This document shows positions 35,295 to 42,006 of a stretch of DNA of 42,006 nt, in pieces (the first letter of the stretch is position 1; the number at the start of each line of letters is the position of its first letter). The notes under the pieces were generated by a model. The model was not told the DNA's origin, did not search any database, and saw nothing but the letters and a program-made list of their open reading frames with translations. This DNA is from a virus (lineage: Duplodnaviria; Caudoviricetes). A program made the position numbers and the translations under genes. The stretch lies in IMG/VR virus record IMGVR_UViG_3300020045_021433, positions 1-42,006 of that record; one strand, 5' to 3'.

Positions 35295-36296
35295 ATGGCG
35301 GGAATTAACATTACGCTAGTAGCGGCTGAATTACAAAGATTTGTAATTCAAAACAAAGGGGTTTCTAAGGCAGATTTTGCTAGAGCTGTAAAAGTTCGAG
35401 TAGATGATTACTGTCGTAAAGTGACTAAAATTAAAGGAACTTATCAAGTTCTTGATTCAATCATGACTCACGTTGTGCAAGGTTTCAAAAGCGAATGGCA
35501 AGAATTAGGAACTTTTTCAGTTGCTGATAAAGAGTTGAAAAACTACCATCAAAAAGTGAATTACGGATTTGTACCTGCTGACGTACTTTCAACAGCTTTG
35601 GCTGATTGGTACGAAGAAGACAAAGCTCCAACTGATAAAATGATTTCGAAAGCAATCGTTGATTGGTTGTTGGTTCAAGTTCAGGACGATTTAGAGTTGC
35701 TTTCTTTGATTGGAGAGTACAATGTCGTTACTGCTTCTGGAGCGTTTGGTTTCTCTTTGAACGGATGGAACAAAATCATTGAATTAGCGTTGGCTAACAC
35801 CGCTAGACCAGTGTTTAAAATTCCAGTAGATGCTATTGTTGACAACAACATCTATGATGTAATCTTGTCATACGAACGTGGTCTTCCAAAATTGTTGAAA
35901 GAAAAAACCAAAACTATTTTCATGTCTGAAAATAACTTGGAAAGATTCGAGGTGGATTATATGACTAAATTCAACTTGAGTCCAAATTTTGCCGACAGCG
36001 ACAAAACTAGATCTCCTTTGAGAAAAAGAGAATTAGTTGGATTGTCTAATCTTGCAGATGATGTGATCTTCTCTACGATTGACGGCAATATGTTGAATTT
36101 GTTGGATGTCATCGACAACCCACCAAAATTCACAGATGTGCAGGTTCAAGACTATAAAGTGAAATTGTTCATGGAGTTTTGGAAAGGATATGATTTCTTG
36201 ATAAATGAAGCGGTTTGCGTTGCTGATTTTGTTGGAACTGTAAGAGGTTTAGGTGATGCTGGTAAAATGGCAAAATACTATCCTCACGAACTTTAA
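35295..36296 (+). CDS. Major capsid protein
   Basis: 333 aa right after protease/scaffold; codon usage of a highly expressed gene. Confidence 0.75.
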   Translation: MAGINITLVAAELQRFVIQNKGVSKADFARAVKVRVDDYCRKVTKIKGTYQVLDSIMTHVVQGFKSEWQELGTFSVADKELKNYHQKVNYGFVPADVLSTALADWYEEDKAPTDKMISKAIVDWLLVQVQDDLELLSLIGEYNVVTASGAFGFSLNGWNKIIELALANTARPVFKIPVDAIVDNNIYDVILSYERGLPKLLKEKTKTIFMSENNLERFEVDYMTKFNLSPNFADSDKTRSPLRKRELVGLSNLADDVIFSTIDGNMLNLLDVIDNPPKFTDVQVQDYKVKLFMEFWKGYDFLINEAVCVADFVGTVRGLGDAGKMAKYYPHEL

Positions 36297-36311
36297 TTCT
36301 TTTAAAGAAAA

Positions 36312-36872
36312 ATGGATAAAAAATCATTAGAAATAGCAAAAGAGCTCGGCATTGAGAATGCCGAGTCTCTTACTGCTGCACAATTGACCAAAGCAATTAG
36401 TGTGGCACAAGGTAAAATCGAAGCTTTCACCGCATTAAAGATGAAAGCGAAAGATTTAGGTATTGTTTTCCCGGAAGACATTACCGAAGAAGATTTAGCT
36501 GCTGAAATTTTGGCAACTGAAGAAGCTATTGAAGCTCAACAATTAGTTGATGAATTCAATAAAAAAGCACATGTTCTTATTGAAGGAACCATTGGTTTTG
36601 AAAGATTTGAAGAATTATCTGCTGAGGATTTAGCAGAATATTTAAAATCTCAAATGACAACTGATGCTTTAGAAATTGAAGTTGTTGCTGACGGTAAAAC
36701 CGATAAAACAATCAAATTCAAAGATGTTGAATATGGTTTTGCTGCTAATGCTCCAGCTTCTTTCCGTTTTATGGGTTTTGTAAAAACACAGGAAGAATGG
36801 ATTGCTGATAAAGATGCAATGGATTTGATGATCTCTGGGAATTTAAGTTATGTTAAACCAATAAAAAAATAA
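36312..36872 (+). CDS. Acidic helical protein after capsid
   Basis: Repeated AKELGI/AKDLGI motifs. Confidence 0.65.
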   Translation: MDKKSLEIAKELGIENAESLTAAQLTKAISVAQGKIEAFTALKMKAKDLGIVFPEDITEEDLAAEILATEEAIEAQQLVDEFNKKAHVLIEGTIGFERFEELSAEDLAEYLKSQMTTDALEIEVVADGKTDKTIKFKDVEYGFAANAPASFRFMGFVKTQEEWIADKDAMDLMISGNLSYVKPIKK

Positions 36873-36876
36873 AGAT

Positions 36877-37437
36877 ATGGCTTGTTTTGAAAATATAGCG
36901 GTTGAAGATTTAGACCAATGTCTAAATGCCGAATTACAGGCGGGAGTTTCAGAAGTTGGTGTTTACTATGGAATTCATAGCGACATTACTACTTTCCCGA
37001 TGCCCATCAATTTTGACGATCCTACTTTCACTTATGAAAAAGCAGTTGCAGTAGCTTCTCCGATTGTTTTTACAGCAGGAAAAGGATTTGGAAAAATTGT
37101 CGTGCAATCTGATACTGGAGAAGTTCAGTTGGAAGCTGGAGGAAACAAAGGAAACAAAAAATTAAAATCACTTTTTTCTTTTTATGTTGCCGGAAACGAC
37201 AAAAGGCTTTTGGGTTTTATCCGAACTAGATTGAACACACCAATGCTTTTTTGCGTTGCCGAGCGTAACGGACAAAAAAGATTGATTGGCGACAAATTCA
37301 ATCCAGCATACATTACCGAAGTTAAAGGAACTACCGGTAAAGGTGGTGAGGATGACAAAGGTGTTCAATTTTCGATTGAATCGTATTGTGTGCCAATTGT
37401 GTATGAAAGCACGCTTCAGCTTCCTACAGTAGTCTAA
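36877..37437 (+). CDS. Putative major tail tube protein
   Basis: 186 aa beta-rich; RLIGDKFNPA...GTTGKGGEDDKG motif. Confidence 0.5.
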   Translation: MACFENIAVEDLDQCLNAELQAGVSEVGVYYGIHSDITTFPMPINFDDPTFTYEKAVAVASPIVFTAGKGFGKIVVQSDTGEVQLEAGGNKGNKKLKSLFSFYVAGNDKRLLGFIRTRLNTPMLFCVAERNGQKRLIGDKFNPAYITEVKGTTGKGGEDDKGVQFSIESYCVPIVYESTLQLPTVV

Positions 37438-37743
37438 ATGCGGAAGTATTTTGAAATAGTAAATCTACTTATTCCTTGTGCCTTCATCTTGAATGACGGC
37501 GCAAGGTTTGATTTACGCACCGGAATCCCGAATAATTCACTTGAAGTTTTCAAGACTGGATTTGCACATTTGGGATTAAAGCCTGGTGCGGAAAAGCTTT
37601 TCAAAAAAGAGACAGAAGGAGCAATCATTCTGTTGATTCAGAAAGCCAAACGCATCGAAGACGTTGAAATTTTGGCATTGGCAAAACCTGAAAGCGAAAA
37701 AGTTCAGGAAGCGGCTAAGGCTAAGATTGCAGAATTTAAGTAA
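37438..37743 (+). CDS. Hypothetical protein
   Basis: Abuts previous stop. Confidence 0.6.
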   Translation: MRKYFEIVNLLIPCAFILNDGARFDLRTGIPNNSLEVFKTGFAHLGLKPGAEKLFKKETEGAIILLIQKAKRIEDVEILALAKPESEKVQEAAKAKIAEFK

Positions 37744-37762
37744 CCAATTAAACCTTTCAGAT

Positions 37763-38164
37763 ATGAAAAAAATGTTAATTATTGCAATAGGACTGATGTT
37801 CTCTTGTTTGTCGGCAAAGACTTTGCCCGATCATTATCCGATGATCAATTATGAAAACATTACGATTCAAACACCTCAAGAGTTTTTTGCATCTCCTGTT
37901 TTGAACGTAGAAAATGTTGTTGTTTCTGATTTTGATTTGCAAAGCAATGAATCTGTCCAGAGACAAACTTTCAATTATGATTCGAGTATCAATCTCATTG
38001 ACTTGGCTCTGTTTTATAGGCCAGTGATTTATGAAAATTATACTAAAATCAATCCAGCAGCCGATTACGATATTTATAAGGCGAAGGATAAAATTTCAAA
38101 TAAAATAGTAGTCGACAATAGTTTTCGAATACAGACCGTTCCAGAAGATTTTGAGTTAGTATAA
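37763..38164 (+). CDS. Exported/lipoprotein-like hypothetical protein
   Basis: MKKMLIIAIGLMFSC signal; start reassigned to ATG 37763. Confidence 0.55.
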   Translation: MKKMLIIAIGLMFSCLSAKTLPDHYPMINYENITIQTPQEFFASPVLNVENVVVSDFDLQSNESVQRQTFNYDSSINLIDLALFYRPVIYENYTKINPAADYDIYKAKDKISNKIVVDNSFRIQTVPEDFELV

Positions 38165-38189
38165 TTTTTTTTGGTTAGTTAATTTGGTG

Positions 38190-38223
38190 AAAAGCTCCGG
38201 ACTCGATGTTCGGAGCTTTTTTT
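38190..38223 (+). terminator. Intrinsic terminator
   Basis: AAAAGCTCCGGA...TTCGGAGCTTTTTTT. Confidence 0.8.
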
Positions 38224-38237
38224 AAAAGTTTTAAATT

Positions 38238-38576
38238 ATGAATATATCCTATGTTTTAGCTCACTTTATTGGAGATTTTCTGTTACAAAATGATTGGATG
38301 GCTGTTGGTAAAAAGAGAAGTAATTTTATTTGTACAGTACATATCTTTTTTTATATGATTCCTTTTTTATTAGTTGATTTAAACTGGATTCAATTCATTT
38401 TAATTGCTGTACAACATTGGATTCAAGACAGGACGGGTTTTATTCGTTGGTACTGCAAAACATTTAGATTATTTCAATCTGAATTAAATCAAACAACACT
38501 TCCTTGGGGACATTTTATTGTTGATCAGATTTTTCATTTTATATGGATGTATTTAGTATTTAATTCTTTTCTGTAA
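38238..38576 (+). CDS. DUF3307-family membrane protein
   Basis: LAHFIGDFLLQ, QHWIQD, VDQIFH motifs. Confidence 0.85.
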   Translation: MNISYVLAHFIGDFLLQNDWMAVGKKRSNFICTVHIFFYMIPFLLVDLNWIQFILIAVQHWIQDRTGFIRWYCKTFRLFQSELNQTTLPWGHFIVDQIFHFIWMYLVFNSFL

Positions 38577-38578
38577 AT

Positions 38579-39319
38579 ATGGATATTCAATCGTGGTTTA
38601 CTTCTCAAGGTTCTTATGCTGATGGCTTGAAGCTTTACAGCCAATTGCCAACGTGCAACTCTAATCTTTTGCGAAGTTTTGCCAGAGAGAACTCTTCCAA
38701 TTTCCTGAAACTTAAATACGAGCTCAAAAAGGTGTTATTATCTGGCAAAAGCACAATTGTACCAAAAGAGGAAAAAATTGTCGCTGTGCCAATAATCGAG
38801 CCCAAACCAGAGCCTTTATTGCAGGAAATTATAAAAGCATCGGCAGCGGTTTCTTTTCATAAGGAAACGATGGCCGATTATCCTGCGGAACTACACTCGA
38901 CTTATCGTAAAAGGATCAGTGATTTTTATCTAGCGTGTGAGTTGAAATTCCAATTGAACGCCACGCCAGACGATGACGAAGAGAATGCGCTTAAACTAAT
39001 TATTCAACTCGATGATCTGTGGACCAGGATTGATCGTGCTTGGATGATTCTCGGTCACTGGAAAGACCACAACCGGATTATGCCTACCGAAAGTCACGAA
39101 GATTTCTCTCAGGTTTCTGGAAATAAATTAGTGATGCTCCGAGATAACCTTCAGTCTAGCATCAGCAAAAGAGAAAAAACGATTCTAGGTATTCAAGAGC
39201 GTGTGAAAGCGTCTCCAGAAGACAGAACGGTTTTGAATTTGCTGAATCGAAAGCTGGAGCAGTTGGAGCAGCTGAAAATTGATTTAGAAACTGTTAGAAA
39301 AAAATTGAAAGATGAGTGA
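38579..39319 (+). CDS. Hypothetical helical protein
   Basis: 246 aa, C-terminal coiled coil; overlaps next gene. Confidence 0.7.
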   Translation: MDIQSWFTSQGSYADGLKLYSQLPTCNSNLLRSFARENSSNFLKLKYELKKVLLSGKSTIVPKEEKIVAVPIIEPKPEPLLQEIIKASAAVSFHKETMADYPAELHSTYRKRISDFYLACELKFQLNATPDDDEENALKLIIQLDDLWTRIDRAWMILGHWKDHNRIMPTESHEDFSQVSGNKLVMLRDNLQSSISKREKTILGIQERVKASPEDRTVLNLLNRKLEQLEQLKIDLETVRKKLKDE

Positions 39320-40592
39320 ATTATTATTAGCTCCATTGGAGTGGTCAACCGAAAAAAGAAAAGTTAAGGACCTGATTCCTTACGAATACAATCCTCGAAA
39401 ACTTACTGAGGATAAAAAACAGAAACTCCGTGAGAGTCTGGAAAAATACAACCTTGCCGAAATTCCCGCTATAAACACGAATGACGTGATTATTGCCGGG
39501 CATCAGCGTGTCGTAGTTTTAATGGAAATAGGACGTGGCGAAGAGTTTATCGATGTTCGAGTGCCTAACCGGGAACTGACAGAACAGGAATTCAAAGAGT
39601 ACAATATCCGTTCGAATGTACCAACTGGAGAATGGGATATTGATATTTTGAACGCTATTTTTAGTGATATTGATCTATTGTCTTTAGGTTTAAATGTGGA
39701 GGATATTCCAATGCCGGAGGATAATTTGCCAATGGAACTTCAGTCAGAGGAAGAGTCCGAGTTTGATCCAGAACCACCCAAGGAACCGATCAGTATTTTG
39801 GGTGATGTTTATGAGATGCGTTCGAAACAAAAGAAGCTCGTGCATCGTGTGGTTTGTGGCGATAGTCGATTTAATGAAGTATATGACACGCTTCTTGAAG
39901 GAAAGTTGTTTGACTTGGTTCTGACTGATCCACCGTATAATGTAGATTATACCGGAGGTACTAAAGAACGTCTCCAAATAAAAAATGATAAAATGTCGAC
40001 ATCTGATTTTTATACTTTTCTTTTTGAATTTTATAAAGCAGCTTGTGATCATACTAAACCAGGATCTGGAATTTATGTTTTTCACGCTGACAGTGAAGGT
40101 GCGAACTTTAGAAATGCGCTGAAGGATGCCGGATATAAACTGGCTCAATGCCTTATCTGGTTGAAAAACGGCATCGTGATGGGAAGACAGGATTATCAAT
40201 GGAAGCATGAGCCTTGTCTTTACGGATGGAAAGAAGGCGCAGCTCACAAATGGTATTCGGACCGGAAACAAACTACCGTTATTGAATTCAATAAACCATT
40301 GCGAAGTGAAGACCATCCTACAATGAAGCCTGTTGGATTGTTTACTTATTTTATGAGAAATAGTTCCAAGCAAGGTGATATCGTTGGCGATTCTTTCCTT
40401 GGCTCCGGTACCACTTTGATTTCTTGTGAAATGAACTGGAGACAATGTCGAGGCATCGAACTAGATCCACGTTATGTAGATGTCGATGTGAGGCGTTGGG
40501 TGAAATATATGCGGGAGAACCATTTGGAGTTTGAGTTATTGAAAAATGGTGTTATCCTGGATAAAGTTGAGATTGATCAGTATTTTGAATAA
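39312..40592 (+). CDS. ParB-like domain fused to N6/N4 DNA methyltransferase
   Basis: LIPYEYNPR, IIAGHQRV (ParB); TDPPY, HPTMKP, DSFLGSGTT, GIELDP. Confidence 0.92.
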   Translation: MSELLLAPLEWSTEKRKVKDLIPYEYNPRKLTEDKKQKLRESLEKYNLAEIPAINTNDVIIAGHQRVVVLMEIGRGEEFIDVRVPNRELTEQEFKEYNIRSNVPTGEWDIDILNAIFSDIDLLSLGLNVEDIPMPEDNLPMELQSEEESEFDPEPPKEPISILGDVYEMRSKQKKLVHRVVCGDSRFNEVYDTLLEGKLFDLVLTDPPYNVDYTGGTKERLQIKNDKMSTSDFYTFLFEFYKAACDHTKPGSGIYVFHADSEGANFRNALKDAGYKLAQCLIWLKNGIVMGRQDYQWKHEPCLYGWKEGAAHKWYSDRKQTTVIEFNKPLRSEDHPTMKPVGLFTYFMRNSSKQGDIVGDSFLGSGTTLISCEMNWRQCRGIELDPRYVDVDVRRWVKYMRENHLEFELLKNGVILDKVEIDQYFE

Positions 40593-40610
40593 TTTTTGTA
40601 TATTTGATGT

Positions 40611-40895
40611 ATGGAAAAATTAAACTTAATTGAAAATCAAGCTGAATGGCTTAAGTCTTTTTCTTCTGAAGAACCTAAGTCACTTTCTGTATTTATTATA
40701 GAAAAAGCCATTGCTATGTGTCCTGATTTTGATAGTTTTCATTTAGATGTTGTTCAAATTCCAATAGTGGAGCAACCTTCTGTAATAATTAATAGATCAG
40801 TTTATCCTTCTGAAGAAGAATTTAAATTGAAAATTATATCCTTTAAAAAAAACCATAAATTCAAATTATGGGAATATGATTCTTGTAACTTTTAA
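40611..40895 (+). CDS. Hypothetical moron protein
   Basis: Own TATATTTG box just upstream and terminator downstream. Confidence 0.6.
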   Translation: MEKLNLIENQAEWLKSFSSEEPKSLSVFIIEKAIAMCPDFDSFHLDVVQIPIVEQPSVIINRSVYPSEEEFKLKIISFKKNHKFKLWEYDSCNF

Positions 40896-40902
40896 TTAAT
40901 AT

Positions 40903-40930
40903 CAAAACCCGCTACTACAGCGGGTTTTTT
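40903..40930 (+). terminator. Intrinsic terminator
   Basis: AAAACCCGCT-ACTAC-AGCGGGTTTTTT. Confidence 0.85.
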
Positions 40931-40933
40931 ATT

Positions 40934-40968
40934 TGTCCTTTTCTTACACTTGCCGTTTTACTTCCTTG
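40934..40968 (+). promoter_or_regulatory. Putative late promoter
   Basis: TGTCCTTTT...CTTCCTTG upstream of terminase genes. Confidence 0.5.
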
Positions 40969-40986
40969 CATTAAAATTCAATATTT

Positions 40987-41568
40987 ATGAGTTCTAATGC
41001 TGTGATCGTTCGTAAAAAACAAACTACAGAAGATAAGATACGGAAGTATTATCTGAAGGGAGAAGAGCGTGCAAAACTTACTCCTTATCAAGACGAAATC
41101 CGTATCAAAGTTTATAAAGCTTGGAATTTGATGATTAATTATCATTCGAAAGAACAGGCTATGTCGGTAATGGTCAATGATGGATCTAGTCGTGCTCAAG
41201 CGTATCGATATATCAACAGTGCGTTGGCTATTTTTGGAGATATCCTCAAAAACAATAAAGATGCCAAGCGTTACCTTATTGAAGAAGATCTGATGCGATT
41301 GCAACAACGTGCTATAAAGCAAGGTGATGGAGCATTGGAATTGAAGGTAATCGCGCAAAGAATTAAAATTGGTGGTTTCGACAAAGATTCTGATCCAAAC
41401 TTTGATCCGGATAAACTAAAAGCACAAACTTATATCTTGAAAGTGCATCCATCGGTTCTCAAAGCCATCGAAGCTCGCTCGGATGGTGGTTCGCTTGATT
41501 TCAACGATCTTGATGTTGAAGATATAGATTATCAGGAAGTAAACGACGAGGAAGATGAAGAAGAATAA
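40987..41568 (+). CDS. Putative terminase small subunit
   Basis: HTH-like SRAQAYRYI, acidic tail, overlaps large subunit. Confidence 0.65.
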   Translation: MSSNAVIVRKKQTTEDKIRKYYLKGEERAKLTPYQDEIRIKVYKAWNLMINYHSKEQAMSVMVNDGSSRAQAYRYINSALAIFGDILKNNKDAKRYLIEEDLMRLQQRAIKQGDGALELKVIAQRIKIGGFDKDSDPNFDPDKLKAQTYILKVHPSVLKAIEARSDGGSLDFNDLDVEDIDYQEVNDEEDEEE

Positions 41569-41923
41569 CGAAATCGAGCTCAATCTTGCTCAAATAAGTA
41601 CCATTTCTATCACGAGTAAAAAGGTTTTTAATCCTAAAATCAACCTATGGGTTTGGATTAAAACCATTGTTTTGGAGTGGGCTCGTGGTTCTGGTAAATC
41701 AACAATACTTGGTTGGTTTGTGAAAGAGGCTGTTAAACAAATGCCACGCGCCACTGGCGTTATTGTTTGCGAAACATATCAGCAAGCTTTATCTAGAACA
41801 TTGCCATCTACCAAGGCGGGATTGGAAATGTTTGGCATTTATGAAGGCATTGATTATGTCGTTGGGAAATGCGGGAGAAGTTTAGGATATGAAATGCCGT
41901 TCCAATCACCTGATAAATATTGA
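41555..41923 (+). CDS. Terminase large subunit, N-terminal fragment (truncated)
   Basis: Walker A ARGSGKST; reading frame ends inside the inverted duplication. Confidence 0.75.
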   Translation: MKKNNEIELNLAQISTISITSKKVFNPKINLWVWIKTIVLEWARGSGKSTILGWFVKEAVKQMPRATGVIVCETYQQALSRTLPSTKAGLEMFGIYEGIDYVVGKCGRSLGYEMPFQSPDKY

Positions 41924-42006
41924 ATTTTAATGCAAGGAAGTAAAACGGCAAGTGTAAGAAAAGGACAAATAAAAAACCCGCTGTAGTAGCGGGTTTTGAT
42001 ATTAAT
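41913..42006 (-). repeat. 94-bp perfect inverted copy of 40895-40988
   Basis: Base-by-base reverse complement match to the window end. Confidence 0.95.

Noticed and set aside
37664-37762. Programmed frameshift for a tail chaperone pair
   Set aside because: Overlap is in the +1 frame, no clear slippery heptamer, and the downstream ORF has its own ATG with a signal peptide
39744-40445. 233-aa antisense ORF
   Set aside because: Lies wholly opposite the methyltransferase; no motifs; shadow ORF, as are the other short antisense ORFs in the track
1-42006. Alternative genetic code
   Set aside because: Standard code gives dense, intact ORFs

Overview
Nearly complete (about 42 kb) genome of a temperate, long-tailed (siphovirus-like) phage of a Bacteroidota host, most likely Flavobacterium-like (AT-rich, TAnnTTTG promoters, no Shine-Dalgarno motifs, att core matching a tRNA-Ser 3' end). 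It appears to be the excised form: an attP site (21554-21755) lies between the integrase and the repressor with phage genes on both sides. Order: portal/adaptor, tail fibre with SGNH esterase, lysis cassette (holin, amidase, unimolecular spanin), tail genes, an accessory/regulatory island (9.1-12.7 kb), tape measure and tail tip, integrase, attP, repressor, early genes with a DnaG primase-helicase fusion and a Dam-like methylase, an iteron origin, S49 protease, capsid, putative tail tube, ParB-methylase, and terminase. The large terminase is cut off by a 94-bp inverted duplication at the window end, probably a chimera. The most novel-looking element is the 9.1-11.5 kb island: three structured RNA leaders whose loop/bulge sequences are complementary to their own 5' ends; two of them are also complementary to the start codons of two paralogous small proteins (one adjacent, one 2.3 kb away), next to an antirepressor. 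This resembles a Bacteroidota analogue of the P4 CI / P1 C4 antisense immunity systems. All calls are from reading the sequence by eye; no searches were run.
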